A program made the translations under genes and the position numbers. From Chiloscyllium plagiosum (lineage: Eukaryota), in NCBI RefSeq assembly GCF_004010195.1, contig NC_057718.1, forward strand, positions 14,301,742 to 14,365,741: 64,000 bases of DNA. Direction: 5' to 3'. The notes below the pieces were generated by a model. It made no database searches, had not been told where the DNA came from, and was given only the letters and a program-made list of their open reading frames with translations. The first letter of the stretch is position 1; every line of letters begins with the position of its first letter. This document shows, in pieces, positions 11,039-24,420 of this stretch.

Positions 11039-11142
11039 CTCATTCCTGATGAAGGGCTCCTGCCCGAAACGTCGATTTTTTTTCCCTGCTCCTGGGCTGC
11101 TGCCTGACCCGCTGTGTATTTCCAGGACCACTCTGATCCTGA
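11039..11142 (+). mobile_element. Family A solo mini-element (104 bp) with intact hammerhead motif
   Basis: Perfect 12-bp TSD CTTATCAAGAGC (11027-11038 / 11143-11154). CTGATGA(11046)-A-GGGC(TCCT)GCCC-GAAA-CGTC(11073). Confidence 0.88.
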
Positions 11143-11782
11143 CTTATCAAGAGCTAGTGCACACCTGAGTCTGGATAGCCCTCTCCTCTGCTGTGTATTT
11201 CTATATATTTTTAAGTAAACATGAAGCTGAGCTTACAGGATGTGGTAATGTGGATCTCTTTAATGCATTGCGCTGTTTAGTGATGGTTCATTGGAGAGGG
11301 GCAGGAGATAACAATGATGTGAAGTTAAGTCGTTTTGTCTCCACACATGAACACAGCATGATTCTCAGGCAGCCTTGAGAGGAAGCAGTTCTTGGCCCCC
11401 CCCTAACTGGCTGTCCTCCATCCCCGGAGGTTGAGCATGAGGCAGGCTTGGCACTTCTGATCTCCACTCTTGTGAGCTCTCTTTCTAAGCTGTGCCTGAA
11501 AAATTACCAGTGACAATATTAAGCAACAGGATCTTTAGCACTTCCTCAGCTCTGTGTTTTTCATGAAGCCATTTCTCCCATTTACTATAAACTGGTCGTT
11601 GACCTTTTTCATTTAACCTTCTCTGCGATGTTGGCAGAGGCAGTGTTTATTGCGCATCCCTAACTTGTTTGAACTGACTGGCACTGTCTTCCTCCAATGC
11701 ATTGGTGCATTCTGGGTTCAAGCTGCCCTCCCATCGGCTGTGCCTCAAGTAATAGAGCTGGAAGAAATTCTCAAAATATTGG

Positions 11783-12076
11783 ATTAGATTCCCTACAATG
11801 TGGAAACAGGCCCTTTGGCCCAACAAGTCCACACCGACCCTCTGAAGAGTAACCCACCCAGACACATTTCCCTCTGACTAATGCATCTAACATTATGGGC
11901 AATTTACCATGGCCAATTCACCCAACCTGCACATTTTTGGATTGTGGGAGGAAACCCACGCAGACACAGGGAGAATGTGCAAACTCCACACAGACAGTTG
12001 CCTGAGGCGGGACTTGAACCCGGGTCTCTAGCGCTGTGAGGCAGCAGTGCTAACCACTGAGCCACCATGCTACCCC
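11783..12076 (-). mobile_element. HE1-type (V-domain) SINE
   Basis: Reverse complement of the copy at 15024-15328. Confidence 0.9.
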
Positions 12077-12892
12077 ATCTGTGTCTGATATTCTTTTTAT
12101 TAAAACTTAAGCGTTTTGTTATTATTTAAAAACCTACCACTTTGACCAAGCTCTGGGTCACCTGTCCCAATAGTCTGGCTTGGTATGAGAGTTTTGGCTC
12201 ATTGACACTCCAGTGAAGCATCTTGGGAGGCTCTGCCATGCTAAAGTCTTGCGATAAATTCATCTTCCTGTTGCTAAACTAAAGGAGTGAATGAGGCCAC
12301 ACAGGACGTGTGGAACGTCTGTTTGCTGACATTACCAATATCTTGTGGGCCGACTGGATTAACTTTCACTTCAAATGGAATACCCAGAAGAAGAAGAAAT
12401 CATCAAAAACCAGAGAAAATGCAGTCATCCGCCCCTTGTCAAACGCAAAGCACCCTGGTCACTGGTGTGGCTCAAATCTTGATGGAAGTTTTTTTCCATC
12501 AAAGATTAAACTGTTTTTCAGCAGAGTCTAGAGAAATGGTTATTATAGTGTGAAGGCTGATACTTGGAGACTGTTCCTATTTCCTTCTTGACACCTGATT
12601 GGATTCACACCTACCCAGTGTCGCAGATCGCGCCTGGCTCCATTTTAGTGTCATTAATTTTTTTTGTAAAGAAAGGCAGGTTGTTTTTTTTTGGGTGAAA
12701 TTCTCTGTACAAGATTGACGTTCAGAGTGTTGTACTCCTTTAGTAACAATGTTCAGTGCAGCGTGAGCACTTCTTTTCCTGCAATATTCATTTCAGACAG
12801 CTTAATCTTTGACATGACCTCATGGAGAAGCCTCAAATCCTTCATGTGGTGAGGTAAAATACAGATGGTCTGTTTAGTGCTTCACCAAACAG

Positions 12893-12905
12893 GTTGCCTA
12901 GCAAC
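12893..12905. promoter_or_regulatory. RFX X-box motif in a repeat-free intronic block
   Basis: GTTGCC-T-AGCAAC fits the GTNRCC(N0-3)RGYAAC consensus. Confidence 0.5.
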
Positions 12906-15023
12906 GGTGCCAGTAATTGAGATACATCTTGATGTCTGATTGCATTAATGTTACTTGTGAGCATAGTTAGTCATCTTTCTCCGTCCTGCCCTCACCCCCC
13001 CACCCCCTTCCTACATTGGTCTAATGATAACAATTGATTTTATTTACTGTTTGTGGAGCTGATTTGCTCAACAGGCCTCTAATCGGGGCACATCTGTTTC
13101 AAAGAAGCCATTTAATTGTAACCCACTAATCCACAAATGTCCTGGTCATTTTTCATGAAGCCAAGAGCATCCTTTTTGGCATGTCAACGGGCCCTCTTTC
13201 GTGTTTGGGTCAAGTGGATTTGAGTGACCTGCATTCTCTGAGGTGAATGACCCCTTTTAGTACTCAGGACTGATAGTTTCCAGAATGTAATGGGTTGACA
13301 GGATTTCAGTTTCTAACTCTGAGCTTGATACTCACAGTTAGGGGCATGTGTTAACGCTCTTAAGCCTGCATTACTGAGTGGCTGGTTATAGGGCTGGATG
13401 ATCCTTCGTCCCTTCACGTACAGTGAATGAGATATACTTCCTGCAAAATGGTCACCAGTAAACCACCAAGACTACTTCAGCAGCACTTTCCAAACATTAA
13501 CTGTTGTATATTTACTTCACAGTAATGCAGAGATGACGTGAGTTTCCACATGTGCAACAGGTTTATTTATAGAAGTTTTTGAATATCTCTACAGTCACAA
13601 GATGTCTTCTCGCAGCTTCTTCGGGGGTCTGAAGGCTCAACATTAGTTTAGCAAAATCACTTCTTATTTTACTGAATACACTTCCAGCCTTAACCAATCA
13701 AACACAGAGAGCACAGATCAGTTACCAGACTGCCATTATCAAACATTTTTCAAAGAAGGATCATACTAACTCAACACTAACTGTTTCTCTCCCCACATGC
13801 GGCTGGACCTGCTGAGTTTCTCCAGAAATTTCTGTGTCGTTTCAGATTTCCAATATCCACAGTATATTTTTGCCTTTTTTTTTTATTACAGGGCAAGGAC
13901 AGTTGTAGTGATATTGCAGATAAGATGTGCTGGCAGACAGAAAGAAATTTCTGATACAGCTGTGCACCTATTAGGAGATATTGAGGCTTTCTTTTCTCTC
14001 TTGAATAGGAGTGTTGAGGGGTTACTTTTCTGCAGCTTCTGATCAAGTGGATGCAGACAGGATACCTCCTGTTGTGGAAAGAGGTCATCAGTTTAGATAG
14101 TCAGTAAGAAGTTAATTTGAAAATGTAGAAGAAATTTCTTGACCCAGCATGTGGAGCACTCGCAAGGGGAGTGGTTGAAGTGAAGGGGTTTTGAGGAATT
14201 CGAAAGGGATTTAGAGAGTTATTTGAAAAGGAAGAGTGTGCAGAGTTGCAGTGAGGTGGTGGAAGAACAAGCATCTCACTTAGTGCCATTTAGAGAGCTG
14301 TCACAGATGCGATGGGCCAAATGGCACATCTGCTCACTAACAATTGTGATTCTGGTTAGATGTACTTATGGGAAGTCTGGATAAGCATATGCAGGAGAAG
14401 TAAATGGATTCATGATGACAGATTGAGATGGAAAGATTTTTTTTAACTTCATTCACACAATGCTGGCCCAGCATTTATTATTTGTCCCTAATTGCACAGA
14501 GGGCAGTTAAGAGTCAACCATGCTGCTCAGGGTCTGGAGTCACGTAGGCCAGACCAGGTAAGGATGGTAGTTTCCTTCTCTGAAGGACATTGGTGAACTG
14601 GATGGGCTTTTCTTGACAATCGACAATGGATTCATGGTCATTATGAGGAAGTTGAGTGGGGTATAAACACCAATATGGACCGGTTGTAGTGAATGGCCTA
14701 TGCTGAACATCATTCTGTATATAATAGCAGCCTCTCTGATAACTGCTGATGGCTCTATGCTGAGAATAAGGAGTCAGTCCTTTGTATGTCTCCTCTTACC
14801 CTTTCACTTCTGCATGAGCTCATGCAGGTCTGCAAAGTGAGAGCCACTGCTAGATGTGAGCCTGTAACCAGCTGCTTTCACAGCTTAATGCTTCTTTGGT
14901 TTACTCCTCTCCAGTGAAAGTAGGAGTTTGCACTTGAATTGAACCTGAGTGTCTAATCGCTACTCCCAATTGTCAAAGCAGAAATGAATGGAAGAAATAA
15001 ATATCAACTTATATCTGCCGCAT

Positions 15024-15328
15024 GGGCGGCACGGTGGTACAGTGGTTAGCACTGCTGCCTCGCAGCGCCAGAGACCCGGGTTCAATTCCCGCCTCAGGCG
15101 ACTCTGTGTGGAGTTTGCACGTTCTCCCCGTGTCTGCGTGGGTTTCCTCCGGGTGCTCCGGTTTCCTCCCACAGTCCAAAGATGTGCAGGTCAGGTGAAT
15201 TGGCCATGCTAAATTGCCCGTAGTGTTAGGTAAGGGGTAAATGTAGGGGTATGGGTGGGTTACGCTTCGGCGGGTCGGTGTGGACTTGTTGGGCCGAAGG
15301 GCCTGTTTCCACACTGTAAGTAATCTAA
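15024..15328 (+). mobile_element. Full-length, young HE1-type SINE
   Basis: tRNA-like A box (tggtacagtggttag) and B box (ggttcaattcc), V-domain (gtgtggagtttgcacgttctccccgtgtctgcgtgggtttcctccggg), HER1-like tail, CpGs retained. Confidence 0.92.
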
Positions 15329-15423
15329 GTAAATCGGCACCGGGCTGATGATAACAATCATGCAGTTGGCAATTGAGATGAGATTGGCACTCAGCTGGTG
15401 TACCATTGACTAGCGCTTAGCCT

Positions 15424-15546
15424 CGGAGAAGTGGGTACTGCAGATTAGAGTCAAGATTAGATTGGTGCTGGAAAAGTACAGCTGATCAGGCAGCATCTGA
15501 GGAACATGAAAATCGATGTTTCGGGCAGGAGTTCTTCATCAAGAAT
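15424..15546 (-). mobile_element. Family A solo mini-element, degenerate hammerhead
   Basis: Perfect 8-bp TSD CTTAGCCT (15416-15423 / 15547-15554). Confidence 0.8.
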
Positions 15547-15709
15547 CTTAGCCTGGCATGTCAATGACCAGCTGCTCGTTTACCTTTCTTGCTGCTGATC
15601 TGGGCTAGTATTTCACAAGACCATAAGGCATAGAAGCAGAAGGTGACCATTCAGCCATGTTGAATGGCGGACTCAACTCTGAGATCATGGCTGATTTGAT
15701 AATCCTCAA

Positions 15710-15915
15710 TCAAAACCGAAAGGACTGTGGATGCTGTAAATCAGAAACAAAAACAGAAGTTGCTGGAAAACTCAGCAGGGCTGGCAGCCTCTCTGAAGAG
15801 AAATCAGAGTCAACGTTTCAGGTCTGGTTCTGGGGACGGGTCACCGGACGTTAACTCTGATTTCTCTGCACAGATGCTGCTGGACCTGCTGAGCTTTTCC
15901 AGCAACTTCTGTTTT
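15710..15915. mobile_element. Family C inverted-pair mini-element inserted in a minus-strand LINE tail (~15620-16230)
   Basis: Arms aaaaacagaagttgctggaaaactcagcagg... / ...cctgctgagcttttccagcaacttctgttttt. Near-TSD TGATAATCCTCAA / TGATAATTTTCAA. Related copies at ~13775-13890, 17955-18020, 19843-20020, 57594-57820. Confidence 0.8.
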
Positions 15916-18900
15916 TGATAATTTTCAACTCGTCTTTCCTGGCTTTCCTTTTAACCCTTGATTCCCATACTAATTTAAAAAAACCTGTCTATCTCTGCTT
16001 TGAATATACTTAGTAATCCAACCTCAACAGCCCTCTGCAGTCAAGAATTTCCACCGGTTCACCGCAGTGAGAGGTTCTCCTCACCTGTGTCTTAAATGTG
16101 CAACATCTTATTCTGAGATGGTGGCCTCTGGTCCTAGACCTTCACAAAAGGGGGAAACAACTTTTCCACATCTACCCTGTCAGTTCTGAGAATGTAGGAT
16201 GTTTCAATAACATTATCGCTCATTCTTTATCTTCTTCTTAAAAAAAAACCTGTTTTAATACATTATCTTTTGGGGTTTTTAAAAAAAAATTCACAATCAT
16301 AGAAGGACAACATTTGATTGATCATATGTGCACTGAGTCTCTGTATAAGTGATCCACTTAGTACTATGTAGATATAGCTGACGAGATCAGTTTATGTTGC
16401 CTGTCCCTAACTGCTCTTGAACTGGGTGGCTTGCTTGGGCAATTTCAGAGGACAGCAAAGAGTGAACCATATTGCTGTGAGTCTGGAGTCTTGTGTAGGC
16501 CAGACCAGGTAAGGATGGCAGATTTCCCTCCCTAAATGACATTAGTGAACAAGATTGATTTGTCTTAAAATCCTATGTGGTTGCCATTGGTCCAGGATTT
16601 TTTTTAAAATACAGATTTATTAACAGAATTCAAATTTTACCAGCAGCCAAGGTGGGCTTCGAACCAATATGTCCAGGGCATTAGCCTGGATTTGTCGGTT
16701 ACCAAGCTAGTGATGTTGTCCCTTCACCCCGTAGATTTTCAATGTCCTTGTATTTAAACCCTCATATTTTGGTTGTCTTGAGGTTGTACATTGGATCCAA
16801 CAATTGAAGAGCCAATGCAAATGTCCAGTGGCTTTAGACATTGTTTAGAGTGAACACATACTGATCTCACGAGTGAGGATTCCTGGCTTTGGTAAGCTCA
16901 GAGAGGGTCTCTTTGCAGGGCCGTTGTCACTGTACCTCGAATGGAGAAGCCTTGAGGCTCTGAATATCTTGCAGAGACGATGCAGAAGCTCTGGAGCACC
17001 TTTATATTGGAAGATTTAATTCTATTTATGTAATTTATTTTTATTCTTTTTGTAACTCAAAATGGAGCAGAATCGTGTTTACAAAACACCGTTCACTGTA
17101 TCTTTTTAGATATATATGACAATATATAACTCAGTCAAAATCTTAAAAATGTCTGTCTTTCTCAAATATGTCCATTGACTTGGCCTTCATAGCCTCCTGT
17201 GGTAGAAAGTTCCACAAGTTCAGTTCCTTTTTTTGAGTGAAGAAATCTTTCCTCCTCTTAGCCCTAAATGACTACCCCATGTCCTGAGACTGCGCCTCTG
17301 GTTCTAAATTCCCCAATCAGAGAAATATCCTTGCTGCATCTTGTCTATCTAACCCTGTTAGAATGGAGATTCCCTTTCATCCTTTCATAGGCCCAGTTGA
17401 ACCATAGGACAATCCTGCTATTGCTGGAATTGGCCAAGTGAACCTACTCCGCACTCCCTCCCTTGGGTCAAACAAGTTACAAATAATTCCAAGCTGTAGG
17501 TGGAAAGATACCACCCAAGTGTGTCTAAATCTTCAACCTCTGCAAAACCTCCTAAATCTGAGCAACTGACACTGTTGCCATCAAGACAGTTAGCGATGAC
17601 TGAGTTAAATCTTTGAAAATGAGTTGGGTTGTGAATGGGAGTGAAGGCATCAATCAGCGACTCAATGGAAAATGATGGCCAGGCTAGGTATTGAGGCAAT
17701 TTGAGTTAAACAATGAAATCTGTATTGATTGTTGGATTGATGGCCTGAAGGTCAATAGAAGCACAATGGTGGAATTTATTTCTGGAAATCTCTGTGGTTT
17801 AAGTGTCTCTGATATTAGAGATTGGTCTCGTGGAAAGAAATTTGATGCTTTGTCCAACCTATCTTCATTCTGAACCCTTCAGTAGAAATATGATCTAATA
17901 TTACAAGAAATATGTGAATGGGAGGAAGGCTGAGCATGGGTCCTGTTGGACTGGCTTGGTTTCTCTGTCCACACAAATACAGCCAGACCTGCAGTGTTTC
18001 TTCAACACATTGTGATTTTTATGATTGGATTAGTTGTAGTTGGGGCTGAAAGTGTGTTGCTGGAAAAGCGCAGCAGGTCAGGCAGCATCCAGGGAACAGG
18101 AGAATCGATGTTTCGGGGGTCTAACATGCCCCCCAGATGGGCGAAGGATCCAGTGTGATTTGAAATTCAGTCTCCAATTCATAGCACTGTGTAGGAAGGT
18201 CAGCACGGACACAAAGTGATATAGACTTACACGGTGCTGTAGCAATTCTCTGGTTCCATGAACGCGGTGGAACAGCAATGTTGGTTACCCAATCTCAGCA
18301 GGAACATATCAAATCCCACAATAAAACGCAGTGAGGACCCAAGGTTGAATTTTGGAAGTGTATTATGTACAAAATGTGCTGGTTACAATAAGACATGAAA
18401 CAAGACTTGGTGCTGCAGGATTCAAACTGCAATACTGTGTTGTTCAGTACATCTCAGCGAAGTATAATGGTGACAGGGGAGGTGATGGACTGTTAATCCA
18501 GAGACCCAGATAAGGTTCTGATGAGCTGGGTTCAAATCCTGCCATCGCAGATGGTGAAATTTAAGTTTTAAAATAAAATCTGGAATTAATAGTCTAATGA
18601 TAACCATAAATTCATTGTCGATTGTCGGAAAATCCATCTGGTTCACGAATGCTGTCCTTACCTGGTCTGGCCTATATGGGATTTCAGACCCTCAGCAATG
18701 TGGTTGACTCTTAATTGCCCTCTGTGTAATTAGGGATAGGCGATTAAATGCCAGCAACGCCCACATCCTATGAATGAATAAATAAAAAAAAGATTGGTTT
18801 GGGTGGGTGAAGAAGGCAGCCAGCAGCATTTCTGCCCTTTCTAAAGACGGGGAAACCCGATATGACACAGCGGTGTCATATGTTTGCGAAATGGTTCCTC

Positions 18901-19561
18901 CCCTTTCTGCACTGTACTGTATATGGACACTCACAAGGGCCATGTATCCCTTCGATGGAATATGGGGCAGGGTCTTCACTCAGTCCCTCAACAATCCAGA
19001 ATGCCTCTTGATGGGCACAGCTAAGAGCATTGTGGTTTTGATGCTTTAGATAAGTCTCCATGATGCCAACAGCCCAGATTCAATTCCTGCAACGGCTGAG
19101 ATACCAGGAAGGACCCTCCTTCTCAACCTCTCCCCTCAGTTGAGACATCGTGACCCTCAGGCTAAATCTCCACTCCCCTCTGTCTGAGAGAGCAGTGCTA
19201 TGGTCTGGTAAGACTATGGTGATTTTACCTTTTCTGGTAGTTAATATAATCCCCTGTTGGCTGTGTCCTTGGGATGTTACTATTTTAGCTTGAGGGTCAA
19301 TACACTGCCTCAGGTCAGAAGCAATGCTCAAAGGCTGGGATTGGGCATGAGGTTTCCCAACTGCAGGGAAGGGAATGGTACCTCGGTGATGGTCCTGCGA
19401 GACTGTTGTTTGAAGTTTTACAGTCTGTCTCCTGGAGGGTGGGGGTGGGGATGGTTTCACCTGAACTCTGCTCCTTAGCCAGTAGGTGCAGCTGCTCAGT
19501 GTGTCTAGCTTCTCCGTATGGATTTTTTGTTTAAATTTCATTTCCTTTTGTGTTCCCACAG

Positions 19562-19748
19562 AGCTGCCCAGAAACTCAACCTGTCCTCCAAGAAGAAGAA
19601 ACATCATCGGTCTCCCGCTCCGAATGTCTCCGAGTCCCCGCTGTTCCCGACCAATTTCAGCGGCATCCTGCAGATGTCCCCACCCCCGGCACCCCCGTGC
19701 CTCCTGCGAGCCATCAACAAGGTCAAGGAGAGCCCAGGGATGGGGAAG
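19562..19748 (+). CDS. KIF26B: KIF26B internal coding exon (187 bp) immediately preceding the kinesin motor domain
   Basis: Pyrimidine tract tttcatttccttttgtgttcccacAG acceptor (AG 19560-19561) and AAG|GTAAGC donor (GT 19749). Translates (R)[62 protein letters not shown], matching my recollection of vertebrate KIF26B ([15 protein letters not shown]...[31 protein letters not shown]) better than KIF26A. Upstream intron phase 2, downstream phase 0. Neighbouring canonical exons not found in the window. Confidence 0.93.
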
Positions 19749-21775
19749 GTAAGCAGCAATACAGCTGATGGAGAACACCATGCAGAGAGTTTTCTGATTC
19801 ACTGCAGGATTACCCTCGAGTGGCTAAGGATGAAAAGTTCAATACAAACAGTGCTGGAGAAACTCAGCAGATCTGGCATCAACTGTGGAGGGAGAGAAAC
19901 AGCTAACTTTTCCCAGCTGGTCACCCTTCTTCAGACTTCAAACATTTCTCTCTTCACAGATGCTGCTAGACTTGCTTCACTGTTTATCTGTTCGCCAGAA
20001 TTGAAAGTATTTTGCCTTTTCATATGAAACGCTTAACATCCTGGGAACATCTGCTGTCGACAAAAAGTATTGTAGCCGAAATTGATGTTTATTTTATTTT
20101 TCAGTTCTTTCCAATATTGAAATTTGCAGCTTTCTGGTCAAACAACAGTTGGAGCCGAGAGTTTGGGGGTAGGGAGTTGAAAGCAGGGGCTCGGTCAGCT
20201 CTTGGCCATCAGTCATCGGTGGTATAATAGCAGCGTCTTGATCTCTGACTCGGAGAGCCTGGGTTCAAGTCCCACCTGCCTCAGAGGTGCTGGATCATAT
20301 TGCAACAGGTAGATTTTAAGAGAAATGAATTGTCCATCTCCTCAATTGGCTGTGGGAAGGATGGACTTTGTTGTTGGTGTCCAATATAGAAGACACTGAA
20401 GTGGTGGCGGAGGGATGGTGGTGCACATGTTGTTGACAGTGATGAGCTGACTCAGGACTGACAGACTCCCTTCAAACTATATCTTCCTTTCTCTTTCCTT
20501 ATTCTTAAATTGTACAAAATGGTGCCGTTTTGTGGCGACATATGAGAGCTTTTCACTGCATTTTATTGTATTCTGACTGTAAAATACACGTGACAATCAG
20601 ATCAAAGTCAATTACCACAGACTTTGCAGCCGTTGATGGGAGAGTGGGTTGGGAGCAGATGGCAAGTCCTGGGTTCCAGGCACTCAGAGCTGAGCACCGT
20701 CGGTCAACAGTGTCCATACCGTCCCGGTGAGGAGAAGCTCTCCGCAACTTAATATCGACACTTCACCCAAGAAACTGCTGCCGGAAGGCTGCATCGTAGC
20801 GAAGGCCCACTTCAAAAAGCTAACAAAGCAGGCAAAAAACACAGCAATATGTCACTGAGATGTGGTAATAGATGTCAACCAATAAACTCAGCTGCTAACA
20901 AGGAAATGGTGGACAGGATATGAAAGGAAAGGTACAATTAAGTGAAAATGGAATTAAAGTTACGAACCTGTACATCATTCCTACATCACAGGTAGTGAAT
21001 CACATTTACATGTCATTGGTGAAGTATGTTTTTGAGGACCCAAGCTGTGTAAGGAAGAGTTTGCCCTCAGCCCGGGAGTGAAGAAATCTCTGGTTAGGCC
21101 AGCATTTATTGTCCATCCCTAATTCCCCAGAGGGCAGTTAAGAGTCCACCAGATTGCTGTGGGTCTGGAGTCACATGTAGACCGGACCAGATAAGGATGG
21201 CAGCTCCCTTCCCTAAAGTGAGCCAGTTTTTCCGACACCAGTTTCATGGTCATCATTACACCCTTAATTCCTTATTCTTTTTATTGAATTCAAATTCCAC
21301 CATCTGCTACGATGAGACTCAAACCCAGGACCCCAGAGCAGTAGCTGAATTTCTGGATTCATAAACTAGGCCTCTGCCTCCCCATCAACATAGGTCCACC
21401 TCATTACACAGATCCACATCTGTTCCTTTTTAAGCCTGCACCTTTTACAGGGTTGAATCTGTCACCTTAATTGCTCTGGGTGTGAGGGGGATACTAGTTC
21501 TGAAACTCGGCATATCATGTGAGGGATTTTTCAAACTTGACTTTCAAGTTTATTGTTTGGAGGGCTTTGAGCTTTGTCTTTGAAGGCGCTGTTGTTTTGA
21601 AGGGCTAAGCTCCGTTCAGTTTATTCTAGTTAAATTCTGGCTGTAACGAGAGAGGGAAGGAAGTTACTGAGTGCCCACTGTAACGTCCGATCAATTTGGC
21701 CCAGGTCAGTGTTACCCAGTAGAAGACTCTGCTGTGACAGGCTGAACAACCCAGCTGCCAACAGAAAAGCTGAAG

Positions 21776-21894
21776 CCCTGATGAAGGGCCCTGGTCCGAA
21801 ACGTAGATTTTCCTGCTCCTTGGATGCTGCCTGACCTGCTGTGCTTTTCCAGCACCACTCTAATCTCCAGAGTCTGCAGGGCCCACCTCTGCCT
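21776..21894 (+). mobile_element. Family A solo mini-element with hammerhead motif
   Basis: 13-bp TSD AGA(A/G)AAGCTGAAG (21763-21775 / 21895-21907). CTGATGA-A-GGGCC(CT)GGTCC-GAAA-CGTA-GATT. Confidence 0.85.
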
Positions 21895-23079
21895 AGAGAA
21901 GCTGAAGAGCCAGCCTACCTGTTAATGAAGATAGTTTAATTGAGTCAGTCCTTTATTGGTTTCTGTTTATTTGCTGCTTATTGCTCCTGACTCTTTGGGA
22001 ACTGACGTGTCGAGATTTAAGGGGAAAAGAAATGACAATGTCAAACTAACCAGGGTCAGAATTGAGGGAAACGCCTCCTTATCCCACCTTTTTAGGTTTA
22101 CCCGATTTATTGCCACACCCTTTGATTTGATTTGATCCACTGGACACCCTGTACCTATGGTGGTGTATGAGCATTGATGGTACACCAAAACTGACCATTT
22201 GACTAGTGGCGCATCATGGTTGAACTCGCTCAATCCTCAAGCCTCCAGTGGAGTTGTAACAGCACAGCAAGAGGTAATTCAGCTCATCAAGATTCTCAGC
22301 TCTGTCGAGTAACTGGTCACTGTCCCATTATTCCCCTCTCCTCACTGTCCTGCAAGGTTCTTACCATGAACTGCCCATCCAGTTTCCTTTTGAAATCATT
22401 AATTGACTCTACATCATCCTTTCCTAGGCTACAAGTTCCAGGCTATTGTCTCTTGCAATGTAAGACATTTACTACCTTACATATCTGAAATTGCATTCCC
22501 AAAATCTTAAATATGTGACCCTTTTGTCCTTGTGTCATCTACCATATAATGGAAACAGTTTAGCTTTGATTACCTTATCTAAACCTGTCATAATCTTATA
22601 CATATCTATCAAATCTTCCCTGCTCCAAGGAGAGCGACCTAGTTTCGCCAATCTAGTCTTGTCGTCTTCCATCGCTGTCTGTAGTGAGATTAGAAACTGT
22701 GTCCCCACAACATGAGGCAGGGCCTCTGGATCACGAGCCCAGCAGCATTATATATATTGTCCATTGGCCTGGAATACACTGCATGGACCACAGGTTCTTT
22801 CCCTGTTGGTTATTGGTTGCAATGACGAAGGTCAGGACAAGGTGAAGATCAGCAGGCCAGAGTCCAAGGTGTGGAGGATGTGTCCTGCAAATAGATCCAG
22901 GGCTGGCTGGAGGGATTCATGGAAAGCCTGGAAGTTGACAGTGAGGATTTTGGAGCCAGTGGACTGGAAGCCGGACATCACTGTGATCTAATGTATGTAG
23001 GGAAAATTAAATTTCAGTTCAGTTTTAAGAACCGAGACAGGCATGCAAGGAAAATAGAGAGAAGGTTGGAATTTAATTA

Positions 23080-23172
23080 GTGTTGAGAGTGGTGCTGGAA
23101 AAGCACAGCAGGTCAGGCAGCATCCGAGGAGCAGGAAAATCGATGTTTTGGGTTGGAGCCTTTCATTAGGAA
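23080..23172 (-). mobile_element. Family A solo mini-element, degenerate hammerhead
   Basis: 12-bp TSD GGAATTTAATTA (23068-23079 / 23169-23180, overlapping the element end). Confidence 0.8.
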
Positions 23173-24420
23173 TTTAATTATCCTTGGCATTTTAGCAGGA
23201 AGCAGTGTTGACAATACTTGGACCATTACCTCGGCATGTTCTATTTTGTTTCCTTGTCACTTATTTTGATTTCTATTTCTTATTTTTGTCTTCAGCCAGC
23301 AGCATGCCTGGACTTGACACTTTGTTTTTGATTCCTTTGTCTGCTTGCCTTGTCTTCATTTTCCCCCATGACTCTGAGGGACTAACTCTTCCACCTTTTC
23401 AATTCTTTCGATGGGCTGAAGGGCCTCTTCCTCCGCTGTAAACCATCTCTCTGACTCTCTCTCTGACACCTGTCTCTCATCCTATCCCTGACCTCCTGTT
23501 TGTTCTTATTCCACTTACACATACTCAAAACCTAATACATCCCTCGGTCTTCCCACTTTCTGTGTCTCTCCACAGAGCTGAACTGCTCTTTTATTTCAGA
23601 ATTCCAGAGTCCATAGTATGTTCCTTTACAATTTCTGATGTGTAACCTTCTCGCCCTATCTTTTAATAAGCCAGGATTGTTGGGATTGGGCACATTTTGC
23701 AGCAGCTCCCACATGTTCAAAGAGAATGGGGAGTGAAGGCCTCATTTCTCCTTGTGGGATCTGGTGAGGACATTCCTTATTCTGAAGAAGATCGTTTGGG
23801 TACTGAGTTTCATTCACACTCGGGCATTTGGACCTGTGTCTCTAACAAATGGAACCAGTCAGGTTAATCAATTATTGAATTAAAGGTCGGCATGAGGTAC
23901 CAATTAATTTTGTAATAGTAGGCCAATAATTCTCTTTAATTTGAATTTCACTGCAGATGTCACTGTTTGATTTAATCACTTGCAATTATGAAAATTATCC
24001 AAGTGCCACACATTAAAGGATAATTAGCTTGCTTGTGCTAAGTTGGTTTTGCTTTGAGATCGGAGGTGGGAATGTAAGTGAACTGGATGCAGGAGAAGCC
24101 CAGGTGGATGGGGTAGGTGACAACATCTTAAAATGGATCCAACCATTGCCCCATCCCTGCCTCTCTCTCACAAACCCCACTATTTAATCCAGTAATCTTC
24201 TCTTCTGTGAGTGCACACACCTTTTCCGGAATTGCAACTTCACTCTGTCCTAGGGGAAATCCACTGTCAGTTAGCTTCACTTTGAGAATGTACTGGCAGT
24301 AAGCCCTGTATCTCCCTCAGTAGCTTCAGAGAGCTCCTCTCACTGTCCACCATTTCATTTCACTAGGACCTTCAATAATGTCTTGGAGGTACTGAGGGAG
24401 CCGCAGGGCTTCTTAGTCAG

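Noticed and set aside
15024..15100. tRNA gene
   Set aside because: tRNA-derived head of an HE1 SINE; continues into SINE body and tail.
19080..19802. 240-aa minus-strand ORF
   Set aside because: Antisense shadow of the KIF26B exon plus SINE-like sequence.
19518..20027. 169-aa ORF as a complete gene
   Set aside because: Only 19562-19748 is exon; the rest reads through splice sites into intron and a family C repeat.
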